IMG/VR virus record: IMGVR_UViG_3300027828_000066
Location: 1-36,476 of that record
Direction: 5' to 3' (one strand)
Origin: a virus
Lineage: Duplodnaviria > Caudoviricetes
DNA: 36,476 nt
Shown here: positions 25,878 to 34,648 of the stretch, piece after piece
How the letters are laid out: each line of letters opens with the position of its first letter
Position numbering within the stretch: the first letter of the stretch is position 1
Made by a program: the position numbers and the translations under genes
The notes under the pieces: generated by a model
Databases searched by the model: none
Told to the model about the DNA's origin: nothing
Seen by the model: the letters and a program-made list of their open reading frames with translations, nothing else

Positions 25878-26393
25878 ATGACAAAAGCAGAATTAAAATC
25901 AATCATAGCAATTTCAGGATTAACAGCAAAAGACATCGTGGAAATAGCCGACGAGATGGTTAAGTTTGAAGCCGCTTTAGTTGACGCAGCAAATGCCGCA
26001 ACTAAAACTTATGTGGGATCTATAATCGATGTAAAATTTCCATCATGTAATAAAAATGACTGGTTATCTGATAATGATGACGAGATCAACCGAAGCTGTA
26101 ATATAGAATCTTGTGAAATCAAGAAAATTGTAGTCTTAGATCACAAAGAATATTCAACCTTATCTAACAGTCTTTTAACAGATAATGAAAATCTATTCGA
26201 AAAAATCGGTGGATCTTCCATAGATGATAAGTACCTTGAGGGAATCACTCCCGGAACAGATGCATATTATTCGGCATGGGGAACATATGGAATCACTAAT
26301 GTTGTTGAAGTCCAGTGTGAAAATCAGGAAACTTTCTATGTGAATACAGAGGGACACGGTTATGCAAGATATGTAGGCCGAAGAGTCGGTTAA
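25878..26393 (+). CDS. Hypothetical early protein
   Basis: GGGAG RBS; C-terminal V-x-x-EG-x-x-YARY motif seen in mobile-element proteins. Confidence 0.75.
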   Translation: MTKAELKSIIAISGLTAKDIVEIADEMVKFEAALVDAANAATKTYVGSIIDVKFPSCNKNDWLSDNDDEINRSCNIESCEIKKIVVLDHKEYSTLSNSLLTDNENLFEKIGGSSIDDKYLEGITPGTDAYYSAWGTYGITNVVEVQCENQETFYVNTEGHGYARYVGRRVG

Positions 26394-26398
26394 TATAC

Positions 26399-26414
26399 AG
26401 GCCCTTCGGGGCCT
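26399..26414 (+). other. UUCG-tetraloop hairpin (attenuator or mRNA-stabilising)
   Basis: AGGCCC-TTCG-GGGCCT between two genes; lacks an immediate U tract. Confidence 0.6.
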
Positions 26415-26443
26415 CATCATTTTTGAGTTACAGGGGAAAAATT

Positions 26444-28057
26444 ATGACACTATTAGAATCAGTAAAGAGCGAGAATCAAGATTTTGAATGGTATCCTACA
26501 ACCGGGAGAATGTTGGGGGTAATTTCAAAGGATCTTAAAATAGCGTGTATGCGAAAATCAAATATATCGATTTTGGACGTAGGGGCTGGAGACGGAAGCG
26601 CTCTGGAAACACTGAATAAACTGGCCCCGAATACCCATTACAAATTATATGCAATCGAAAAATCACAGCCGTTGATAAAAGCAATGTCCCCGGATATCTT
26701 CATAGTAGGAACTGACTTCCATCAGCAAAACTTAATAGATAAGGCCATGGATGTTGTTTTTTGCAACCCTCCGTATTCTGAATACGCGATATGGGCAGAG
26801 AAGCTAATTCTAGAAAGCAATGCAGACGTCTTGTATCTGGTAATCCCGGAGAGATGGGAATCTCATCAAGGAATACAGGAAGCTTTGAAAAGCAGGGGTA
26901 CAGAAGCTGAAGTTCTGGGAACGGATTCCTTTATAGATTCTGAATTTAGAAGAGCCAGAGCAAATGTATCCATCCTGAAAATACAACTTCAATCAGGATA
27001 CCTGAGCCGAAGGGGGGATCACCAGTATACTTCTCCGTTCAGACTATGGTTTGATTCTAATTTTAAAATTGAGGCAGAAGTGGCCCCGGATGACGAGCGG
27101 TTAAAAGAGCGGGCCACTACGGAAAAGTTAGCCGGGTTGACTACTAAGAAGGATCTTGTAAAACAGCTCGTGGAATACTACCAGATAGATTTTGAACACC
27201 TTCTGAACAATTACAAAGCACTGGAAAGACTTGACCCGGTAATCATGAAAGAGCTGGATATCAATGTAGCTGGTGTCCGGGAATCACTAGAGGTAAAGAT
27301 CCGGGGGTTGAAAAATACTTACTGGAGAACCTTGTTTAATAATCTGGATGCAATCACAGATCGATTAATGGAGAAAAGCCGGAATGAGGTTTTAACAGTA
27401 TTATTTGAAAACACCTCTATAGACTTCTCAATTTCCAATGCTTATTCCGTGATTATATGGGCTATTAAAAATGCGAATAAATATTTTGATAAACAGCTCA
27501 CGGACATGTACTATAAATTGAGTGATTCTAAAAATGTACGGAATTATAAGTCGAATCACCGGATCATAGAAGATGGGTGGAGATATTCCAAAAGTGATAT
27601 GGATCGGTACACCCTCGACTATAGATTGATACACGATCAGTATAGAGCTATATTTGCAAATGATTTGTACAGCTTTGAGTTCAAGAATAATCTTCACGAA
27701 TCAGCGCACAATCTGATCGGAGATGTCTGCACAATAGCGAAGAATCTGGGATTCGATGTTATAGAGAAGTCTATGGAATTCGAATGGGAATCTGGAAAAA
27801 TCAATAATTTCTATTGTACTTTCCATGGGAAGAAAATCCTGTTTGCAGCGATCAAGGCATATAAAAACGGAAATGTTCATTTTAAGTTCAATCAGGAATT
27901 CATGAAGAAATTTAACATAGAAGCGGGCCGATTGAATAACTGGATCAAGACACCGCAGGAAGCTGCTGAAGAGATGGATCTACCTGTAGAGGAAGTTATG
28001 AAGCACATGCATTCTAATTTAGCTCTGACAGTGAAAAATGTACCATTGTTGACATAA
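26444..28057 (+). CDS. Amino (N6A/N4C) DNA methyltransferase with DUF4942-like C-terminal domain
   Basis: EWYPT, motif I LDVGAGDG, motif IV CNPPY, C-terminal KAYKNGNVHFKF; ATG 26444 after AGGGG. Confidence 0.8.
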   Translation: MTLLESVKSENQDFEWYPTTGRMLGVISKDLKIACMRKSNISILDVGAGDGSALETLNKLAPNTHYKLYAIEKSQPLIKAMSPDIFIVGTDFHQQNLIDKAMDVVFCNPPYSEYAIWAEKLILESNADVLYLVIPERWESHQGIQEALKSRGTEAEVLGTDSFIDSEFRRARANVSILKIQLQSGYLSRRGDHQYTSPFRLWFDSNFKIEAEVAPDDERLKERATTEKLAGLTTKKDLVKQLVEYYQIDFEHLLNNYKALERLDPVIMKELDINVAGVRESLEVKIRGLKNTYWRTLFNNLDAITDRLMEKSRNEVLTVLFENTSIDFSISNAYSVIIWAIKNANKYFDKQLTDMYYKLSDSKNVRNYKSNHRIIEDGWRYSKSDMDRYTLDYRLIHDQYRAIFANDLYSFEFKNNLHESAHNLIGDVCTIAKNLGFDVIEKSMEFEWESGKINNFYCTFHGKKILFAAIKAYKNGNVHFKFNQEFMKKFNIEAGRLNNWIKTPQEAAEEMDLPVEEVMKHMHSNLALTVKNVPLLT

Positions 28058-28067
28058 TAGCTGTATA
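28040..28067 (+). promoter_or_regulatory. Class II promoter (GTACCA-N17-GTATA) heading the modification/terminase operon
   Basis: Consensus match just upstream of the AAGGAG RBS of the 28085 gene. Confidence 0.75.
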
Positions 28068-28084
28068 TAAGAAAGGAGTAATCT

Positions 28085-28630
28085 ATGGCATGGGTACAAG
28101 GGGGAGAGTGGGAAACTGGCCTTTCCTCTTCAAACGGGGCGTATGATAAATGGCCCGAATCCCCTACGGGAAGAAAATGTGCTACAAGACCTGAAATGCA
28201 GCAGATAAATTATAAAAAATATCCAGATAATTTAGATCCGAATAATTACAACAGGAGTGGGAGGGGTAAAGATTTAAGGCCCCTTGCCGGGAGAGTTTTG
28301 AGAGCATTGGCAAATCTGGGATTACACGTTACAAATTATTCAGTGACTACAAATAGCATTTATCTGAAATTTGATAATCCCGCTTTGAGGTCAATGACAA
28401 TCCGGGATCATAATACAAAAGCCCAGTACAAATATAAATGGAATCTGGTAATCGGATATAAAGGCCCCCATATGGTACAGGATAAGAAAGTGCCTCGGTA
28501 CTATTATTCTCAGAAACAGTTGAAGGATTTTTATACCCACATACGGAATTATGCAGCGAAGATCGAGAGTAACGCTGCTGTAGATAATTTGAAGAATATC
28601 CCGAAGATTCGGCGAAGACATAAATCATAA
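28085..28630 (+). CDS. Basic hypothetical protein
   Basis: Good RBS; S-x-Y...IRDH motif. Confidence 0.7.
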   Translation: MAWVQGGEWETGLSSSNGAYDKWPESPTGRKCATRPEMQQINYKKYPDNLDPNNYNRSGRGKDLRPLAGRVLRALANLGLHVTNYSVTTNSIYLKFDNPALRSMTIRDHNTKAQYKYKWNLVIGYKGPHMVQDKKVPRYYYSQKQLKDFYTHIRNYAAKIESNAAVDNLKNIPKIRRRHKS

Positions 28631-28661
28631 TATGATATACTGTAGCGCAGGTGGGAGACAT

Positions 28662-28940
28662 ATGACAGCAGCAGTAGTCCTGATCGAAGGCTACACAGGG
28701 AAGCTCTACGCATTAAAAAATGGAATGCCGGAGAAACTGGGCCACTGGCTGGAACAGTTCAACCGCTTTCAGGTTATGTGTGGAACGGGCCTTGCAAAAG
28801 ATAAATTTAATCATCTTCAGTTATTCAGGGAATATGAGTGGAGCCAGAAAGGGACTGATGTCCCGATCCATTATGTGTACACCTTGAAGCTGGATGGAAG
28901 CATAGAAGTCACAGAGGAGAGAGTAAATTATGGGAAATAA
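28662..28940 (+). CDS. Hypothetical protein
   Basis: Likely ATG 28662 after GGGAG (alternative start 28632). Confidence 0.65.
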   Translation: MTAAVVLIEGYTGKLYALKNGMPEKLGHWLEQFNRFQVMCGTGLAKDKFNHLQLFREYEWSQKGTDVPIHYVYTLKLDGSIEVTEERVNYGK

Positions 28941-29403
28941 AATCATGCTATTGGACTTGAATTTTACCTTAGCGGAAAAAGTAGAAATGGGTAGAGGATA
29001 CTATAACGTGCAGAAAGATCGTTATTCTGTACCCCTTGTGAAACTTTTGGGAGGGTTTCGGGGAGAGATTCATTTATTGACAGCTCGCACCGAAGACTAT
29101 AAACTTGAGACATTGAACAAGATTGAAAAAGATGTGGGGTTTATGGTAGATAAGGCAGTTTTCAAGCCATTATCTCAAAAGTTTGTGAAGGTTCAGTTCT
29201 TTAAAAGAGAATATGCACAGGGCCTAATCAATGATGGAGTGTCCCCCAAAGATATTATAGCGGTAGAGAGCAATTCAAAAACGAAAGCTGAATATCGCTT
29301 ATTGGGCATCACTGAAATGTATACAAGAGATGAGTATTTGAAGGAATTCGGATCTGAGCCTGAGCACCCACAAGAGGACGGCTTTAATGGATTTTTCTTT
29401 TAG
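28930..29403 (+). CDS. HAD-superfamily (polynucleotide-phosphatase-like) protein with variant motifs
   Basis: LLDLNFTL (DxD changed to DxN), LLTAR, conserved K, AVESN. Confidence 0.65.
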   Translation: MGNKIMLLDLNFTLAEKVEMGRGYYNVQKDRYSVPLVKLLGGFRGEIHLLTARTEDYKLETLNKIEKDVGFMVDKAVFKPLSQKFVKVQFFKREYAQGLINDGVSPKDIIAVESNSKTKAEYRLLGITEMYTRDEYLKEFGSEPEHPQEDGFNGFFF

Positions 29404-30043
29404 CACGATTGATAAATTTGACGTGCATATCAGACAGTCAATACCGGGTTATGTTGCTTTACAGGACATAGTTCTGGCAATGTCTGAGTATTTTATATCA
29501 CCTAATACCAATGTTTATGATGTTGGTTGCAGTACTGGAATCTTTGGAAAGGTTCTCGCGGAGAATTACCCGGATGCAAAAATTACCGGGATCGAGCGAG
29601 AGCCTAATTTTTTTAAAGACCATGCAAAACACAAGGATCTGGAAAACCTTCGATTCATACATGAGGATTATTTTGACGTGGAGCTTTCTGACGCCTCCAT
29701 GATGATCTTTATGTTCACTTTGCAATTCATGTCCATTGCCTGCCGAAGAAAGGCCCTAGAGAAAGCCTACGCCGCAATGGATAAAGGGGCCGGATTAGTG
29801 CTTTGTGAAAAGTACTGGGCCTCTACCCCTCGAATACAGGAAATAATGACATTTCTATATTACGATTTTAAGCGTAAAAATTTTACGGCAGAAGAGATAT
29901 TGAACAAGGAACGCAATCTGAGAAAGCAAATGCACCTGTTCAGTAAGGAAGAAATGCTGGATTTATTACGTGATGTCGGATTTACAGATGTAAACACATT
30001 CTTTCAAGAATTTAATTTTTATGGAGTATTAGCAATCAAATGA
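29387..30043 (+). CDS. cmoA: CmoA-like SAM-dependent enzyme (carboxy-SAM synthase family)
   Basis: FD-x-x-IRQSIPGY, YDVGCSTG, FTLQF, L-x-EK, Y-x-FK...EI-x-x-K, GF...FQ-x-FNF...AIK follow CmoA along its whole length. Confidence 0.8.
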   Translation: MDFSFSTIDKFDVHIRQSIPGYVALQDIVLAMSEYFISPNTNVYDVGCSTGIFGKVLAENYPDAKITGIEREPNFFKDHAKHKDLENLRFIHEDYFDVELSDASMMIFMFTLQFMSIACRRKALEKAYAAMDKGAGLVLCEKYWASTPRIQEIMTFLYYDFKRKNFTAEEILNKERNLRKQMHLFSKEEMLDLLRDVGFTDVNTFFQEFNFYGVLAIK

Positions 30044-30594
30044 AAAAAGAGACAATCACAGTTGCGCTTAAGGCGCTGAAAGTAAACCCGAAAAATGAGA
30101 AAGTCCACACAAGGGACAATTTGCGGCTGATCGCGGCAAGTATGGATGAGTTTGGATATGTGAATCATATCATCGTGGATGAGCACATGGAGATTCTGGC
30201 GGGCCATGGGCGAAAGATAGTTCTGGAAGAGCGCAAGGTAAAAGATGTTGAAGTTATTCGTCTGACTGGCCTTAGTAACGCACAGAAGCATAAATTCCGG
30301 CTATATGACAACCAGACAGCCCGTACCGGATACATGGACGATGAGCTGGTAATAGAAACCGTGGATGAGATCCTGAAGGAAGATAATGAATTCAATCTCT
30401 CAGTTCTGGCAATCGATGAGCTGATAGCAACATTCTCGGATGAAGCTGCAAACATAGATCTTGGAAAGGCCGTGTTGGAAAAAGCCCCGAGCATGGAGAA
30501 AAAAGAGGCCCTGTTCATTTTCGATGAGGGGAACCTTGTGGAGAAATTCCTACGGGATAATGCTATTAAGTACAAGAAAGTGGGGTATAGATGA
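30040..30594 (+). CDS. ParB/Srx-domain protein
   Basis: LKVNPKN-x-K-x-H...S-x-x-EFGY...IIVDE...ILAGHGR...FRLYDN. Confidence 0.85.
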   Translation: MKKETITVALKALKVNPKNEKVHTRDNLRLIAASMDEFGYVNHIIVDEHMEILAGHGRKIVLEERKVKDVEVIRLTGLSNAQKHKFRLYDNQTARTGYMDDELVIETVDEILKEDNEFNLSVLAIDELIATFSDEAANIDLGKAVLEKAPSMEKKEALFIFDEGNLVEKFLRDNAIKYKKVGYR

Positions 30595-31025
30595 TACTGG
30601 AAAAGCAGCCCCTAAAACGGGTTTTGACTTACCTCCCGAGAGGATACAAATTGTCGGTTGGAAAGCATACAGAGGTAATGAAGATTGAAGAGGTACTTTC
30701 CTCTAATTCTAAAAAGCCTTTCCTGCCCCAATTTATGGCAGTGTTGTTTTATTGTCAGGAACAGGATGGAACAATTGACGGGGCCGTGATCCATTCGATG
30801 AAGGGAATGGACTGGATAGGCGTCCGGGACATTTTGAAAACGAAGTTGAAATTATTATACCTTGTGTTGCCCCTGAGAGCGCTGCGGTTTAAGTTCTTCG
30901 ATAGAAAGGCAAATGGGACAATGAGCGTTGAAGAGTTCGTGGGAGTCCTGGAGGCGGCAGTCGAGGGAACTTGCCATTATACAGAGAGGGATGGTGATGT
31001 CTACATTTGTATTACAAAGAATTAA
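30591..31025 (+). CDS. Hypothetical protein in the modification operon
   Basis: ATGA-coupled to the ParB gene and overlapping the next gene. Confidence 0.65.
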   Translation: MILEKQPLKRVLTYLPRGYKLSVGKHTEVMKIEEVLSSNSKKPFLPQFMAVLFYCQEQDGTIDGAVIHSMKGMDWIGVRDILKTKLKLLYLVLPLRALRFKFFDRKANGTMSVEEFVGVLEAAVEGTCHYTERDGDVYICITKN

Positions 31026-32460
31026 ATTAAGCGCCCTGCAATTTGATCCCCGGAACCCCCGAGATCTTCCAGAGGAAAGACGATACCTGCTGGAACTGTC
31101 TCTGAGGAAATACGGGCTTTTGAGTCCTGTGTATGTGAATAGAAAGGGCCTGATATTATCCGGGCACCAGAGACTTAGAATATTATTTGCATTGGGATAT
31201 AAGCACACCTACGGGGTGATTGTTGACGATCTGCCTACGGAGGAAATGCAGGGAGCCGTGAACATGGTCTTCAATAAGGAACTGCAGAACGTGGTGGACG
31301 ATGAGGAGATCCCGGATACGGTAGAGGATCTTGTAGCCCAATTGGAGGCATTGCCGGATCTGGACGATATATACACCCCCTTGAGAAATCTGGAAATAAG
31401 GAAGTTTAGTGAATTGCAGATACCTGCAGTTGCACATAAGCAGTTAAGCCCGGCCCGGATGCTCTGGCAGAAGACGCGGACGATAATTCCCCTGATAATT
31501 GATGAGAGCGGAAATATACAGAATGGAGCTGGAAGAGCGCACTACTACAGAACGAAATTCGAGTCCGTTCCCTGTATCGTGGTAACAAAGGAGCTGGGAA
31601 GGATTTTCAGAGCCGCGAGTGCCGTGTATAAAATGGATGCTGCAAAAGACATAATTCGGATTGGACAGCGGCGGCATATCGTGACACATAGGCTTGCCGG
31701 AGTATGGGGAAAACCGCTTGTCGGAGCAAAGCTGAATAAGGGGAACATTGCATATGTGAATAAATTCCTTGTGAGAAAGTATCCAAGAATGTTTGACTTC
31801 GGATCTGGGAATGGTAAACAGACCACATATTTGAGAGCATTCGGAGCAGATATCACCTTGTTTGAACCCTTTGCAGTAGGTGGAAATACGATGGATCTGA
31901 GCTTGAAGGAAACCTATGACAATATCAATATGGCGCTGGATAGTATAGGGAAGCTGGAACCGTATGATCTGGTGACTGCGAATGCTGTTTTGAATAGTGT
32001 CCCATTTGAAGATGACCGGGACAAAGTAGTAACACTTTTGAAATTCCTATCCTACGGTGCAAAAACGTTAATCCTCTCATCGAGGAATCCGTATAGTTAC
32101 CAGATACACAAATCTGAATCGACTACCTTCAGGACAAATGATATGGGTGAAAACAAGCAGGTATCGACCGGTATAAAAGTGAAAATACAGACCTTTTATT
32201 CGGAAGAAGACTTAAAAGGGATCTTCGGTACCACTTCTGTCACCTCCACGAAGGGTAAATATTCATTTTGTAGAATCGATAATCCAAAGTATTATGTAGA
32301 TAAGGACACCCTGCTCGATGCAGTAAGGTTCGAGTTCAGTATAAAGTACAAAGATAGGACATTCACAGACCTTACAAATAAGGCACTAGATGTGTTTAGT
32401 AAAAGATACGACTGGATGATCAGTCAAGGGTACACTAACTGTACCCCTATAGGAGAGTAA
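30997..32460 (+). CDS. Tandem ParB/Srx domains fused to a class I SAM-dependent transferase
   Basis: DPRNPR...ILSGHQR (ParB 1), PLIIDE...NGAGR (ParB 2), FDFGSGNG (motif I), LFEPF, AVLNSVPF; start at 30991 or 30997. Confidence 0.75.
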   Translation: MSTFVLQRIKLSALQFDPRNPRDLPEERRYLLELSLRKYGLLSPVYVNRKGLILSGHQRLRILFALGYKHTYGVIVDDLPTEEMQGAVNMVFNKELQNVVDDEEIPDTVEDLVAQLEALPDLDDIYTPLRNLEIRKFSELQIPAVAHKQLSPARMLWQKTRTIIPLIIDESGNIQNGAGRAHYYRTKFESVPCIVVTKELGRIFRAASAVYKMDAAKDIIRIGQRRHIVTHRLAGVWGKPLVGAKLNKGNIAYVNKFLVRKYPRMFDFGSGNGKQTTYLRAFGADITLFEPFAVGGNTMDLSLKETYDNINMALDSIGKLEPYDLVTANAVLNSVPFEDDRDKVVTLLKFLSYGAKTLILSSRNPYSYQIHKSESTTFRTNDMGENKQVSTGIKVKIQTFYSEEDLKGIFGTTSVTSTKGKYSFCRIDNPKYYVDKDTLLDAVRFEFSIKYKDRTFTDLTNKALDVFSKRYDWMISQGYTNCTPIGE

Positions 32461-32465
32461 CTATT

Positions 32466-32957
32466 ATGGGTAGACCTGATAAATTAACTCCAGAGATACA
32501 GAAGAAGATATGTGATGCTATACGTGCAGGTAACTACATAGAAACTGCTGCGGCTTACTCTGGTGTACATAAAGCCACGTTATATCGCTGGTTGAAGGAT
32601 GGAAGGAAAGCTAATAGGGGAAAGAAAAAGGAGTTTTGCGACGCAGTTGATAATGCTTTGGCACAATCTGAGATCTCAGACGTCCTTAAAATGCAAAAAT
32701 TAGGGGATGAAAAACAGGACTGGAAATCAGTGGCTTGGAGGCTGGAAAGGCGGTTTAAGCACTGGAGGGCACCAAATGAGGTAAGATTGTCTGGTGATCC
32801 ATTAGCCCCGGTAAAAGTAGAATCCTCCACAAGTGAGAAAATGGATATCTCGAAATTGAGTGCCGATGAATTGGAAACGCTGGAAGAGCTACAGATGAAA
32901 ATGCTACTCAGTAATACAACCGGAGTGGTAGAGGAAAAAGGAGAGGACAATACATGA
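32466..32957 (+). CDS. terS: Terminase small subunit (HTH type)
   Basis: MGRP-x-KLTPE...AA-x-x-x-GV-x-x-x-TLY-x-W...DWK-x-x-AW-x-LERR...D-x-SKLS-x-DEL pattern. Confidence 0.7.
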   Translation: MGRPDKLTPEIQKKICDAIRAGNYIETAAAYSGVHKATLYRWLKDGRKANRGKKKEFCDAVDNALAQSEISDVLKMQKLGDEKQDWKSVAWRLERRFKHWRAPNEVRLSGDPLAPVKVESSTSEKMDISKLSADELETLEELQMKMLLSNTTGVVEEKGEDNT

Positions 32958-33256
32958 TATTCACTCGACTCAAAAAATATGATCCGGGGATAAAGTGCCC
33001 TATGGCGTTTGGATGCTCTCAGGATCGTCCATTAGTATTCAATAAAAAATCTGGGCAGTACCATTGCCCCTGTTGCGGGTGGGAGTCCCTAATTGATTAC
33101 AAGAGAAAATGGAAATGGCCCTTTAAACGGAAACCGAGCAAGCAGGATCAAATCATAGAACTACTACAGGCACTAAATGAGAATGTGAACCGGCTTAGTT
33201 CGTGTGTAGGTGATAGGAGTATTAAAGTACATGAAAATCAACATCAAAGTAGGTAA
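32954..33256 (+). CDS. Small Cys-rich hypothetical protein
   Basis: CP...C...CPCCG; ATGA-coupled. Confidence 0.65.
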   Translation: MIFTRLKKYDPGIKCPMAFGCSQDRPLVFNKKSGQYHCPCCGWESLIDYKRKWKWPFKRKPSKQDQIIELLQALNENVNRLSSCVGDRSIKVHENQHQSR

Positions 33257-33259
33257 GAA

Positions 33260-33469
33260 ATGATATTTCCCAGAGTGACCCCTATAAGTGGGAAGCCTGC
33301 TGTACACATCAATGCGGCTAAAATTATGAGTATGCAGCGTATAACCATGGCAGATAAGGAAACCGAAGAAACCCATATACTGATGGATGGTTCAAACGTC
33401 CTGAAAGTGGAAGAAACCCCGGAAGTAATAATGCTTATGATTGACTATGAGGAGAGCAGGGTAAAATGA
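33260..33469 (+). CDS. FlbD/SwrD-like small protein
   Basis: G...V-x-IN-x-x-x-I...T-x-I-x-M-x-G...V-x-ETPE-x-I pattern. Confidence 0.45.
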   Translation: MIFPRVTPISGKPAVHINAAKIMSMQRITMADKETEETHILMDGSNVLKVEETPEVIMLMIDYEESRVK

Positions 33470-33687
33470 AAGTTGAAGTCGATGAACAAAAGAATATTAT
33501 TTTGAGAGAGGCATATAGCGGCGTAGGGCTCCTATCTGATGATAAAGAATTCCTAGGAATCTGCATGCGTGATTCTGGATTCGAGTTTACATACGGGGGA
33601 TACTGGTATAGTGCTAAGGAAGGTAAGCTAGAATGCATCGGAAAAGATCCCCACACCGGAGAAGACGGAAAACAGATATCCGCTTAA
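33466..33687 (+). CDS. Hypothetical protein
   Basis: ATGA-coupled ORF with ICMRDSGFEF motif. Confidence 0.7.
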   Translation: MKVEVDEQKNIILREAYSGVGLLSDDKEFLGICMRDSGFEFTYGGYWYSAKEGKLECIGKDPHTGEDGKQISA

Positions 33688-33690
33688 TTT

Positions 33691-33718
33691 GTACCAAAAT
33701 AGATAATTTCCCTGTATA
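33691..33718 (+). promoter_or_regulatory. Class II promoter (GTACCA-N17-GTATA)
   Basis: Intergenic consensus match followed by TGAGTACAG. Confidence 0.8.
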
Positions 33719-33752
33719 TGAGTACAGGGATTTTTAATTTAAGGAGCTATCT

Positions 33753-34109
33753 ATGAAAAGCGAACTAGTACTGGGGATGAAATATGTAACTTCTGTTAGC
33801 GGAATTGAGGATCTTGAATATGATCCTAATGTGGGGGTTGAAAGTGAAGTCTTTTTGCATAAAATTTCACGAACTCCGAGTGAAGAAGATTTTACAACCG
33901 AGGATCTTCTAAAATGGATTCATGCTGAAGTTGATAATAAGAAAACTAGATTATGGACAGATCACGATCCTGATGAATCCAGTACACATCTTTATGTGGC
34001 TTTCGGAAATAAGCAGTTACTTGAGATAGATAATATGCATGAATTGGTCCGGTATATCTATAAACCGGAGTATGATTTATACATGGTTGTAACTGAGTGT
34101 TACTGTTAA
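33753..34109 (+). CDS. Acidic hypothetical protein
   Basis: AAGGAG RBS. Confidence 0.7.
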   Translation: MKSELVLGMKYVTSVSGIEDLEYDPNVGVESEVFLHKISRTPSEEDFTTEDLLKWIHAEVDNKKTRLWTDHDPDESSTHLYVAFGNKQLLEIDNMHELVRYIYKPEYDLYMVVTECYC

Positions 34110-34121
34110 AAGGAGACACCT

Positions 34122-34334
34122 ATGGGAATAGGAATAATTGAGATAGTAGATGATTTACCCGATTACCTTTATCCGGGAGATCTAAAACGAATAGCTGAAG
34201 GGCTTAGAAAAGAGTTGAAAGTCGAGGAAGGTACAATCTCAGTCTCGTACAATGATGCGAGCTTCATTACCTTCGAGATAGTCAGAATAGTACATGATAC
34301 GGTGTACCTGTCTTACGTGGGGACAGCAGGATGA
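34122..34334 (+). CDS. Hypothetical protein
   Basis: AAGGAG RBS. Confidence 0.7.
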   Translation: MGIGIIEIVDDLPDYLYPGDLKRIAEGLRKELKVEEGTISVSYNDASFITFEIVRIVHDTVYLSYVGTAG

Positions 34335-34648
34335 AAAGAAATATGAACGATAAAGAAGTCTGGAAATATAAGTTAGAAGATTCAGGACATGTACAGTGTC
34401 TAAACATGCCTGTAAATGCTCAGATATTAACAGTTGATGTACAGAGTGTACAGAGTAATGATATCTGTATATGGGCTGAAGTGAATCCCCGTAGAGGGAA
34501 AGAGGTTCGGTACTTTGAGCTAGTGGGTACTGGAATTCCTATACCGGAAACCGCAAATGTAACAAGGCACTATATCGGATCAGTTCAAAGAGGCCCGTTT
34601 GTCTGGCACCTCTACGAGAGAACCGAGATTAAGAGGCACGGGGTATGA
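34331..34648 (+). CDS. Conserved small phage protein of unknown function
   Basis: WKY-x-L...MP-x-x-A-x-IL-x-V...IWA-x-V...GTG...YIG-x-VQ...VWHLYE pattern, common in phages. Confidence 0.7.
   Translation: MKRNMNDKEVWKYKLEDSGHVQCLNMPVNAQILTVDVQSVQSNDICIWAEVNPRRGKEVRYFELVGTGIPIPETANVTRHYIGSVQRGPFVWHLYERTEIKRHGV

Noticed and set aside
28049-28077. TTGACATA resembling a fifth class I promoter
   Set aside because: No -10 box at 17 bp and no conserved leader; it falls inside the spacer of a class II promoter.
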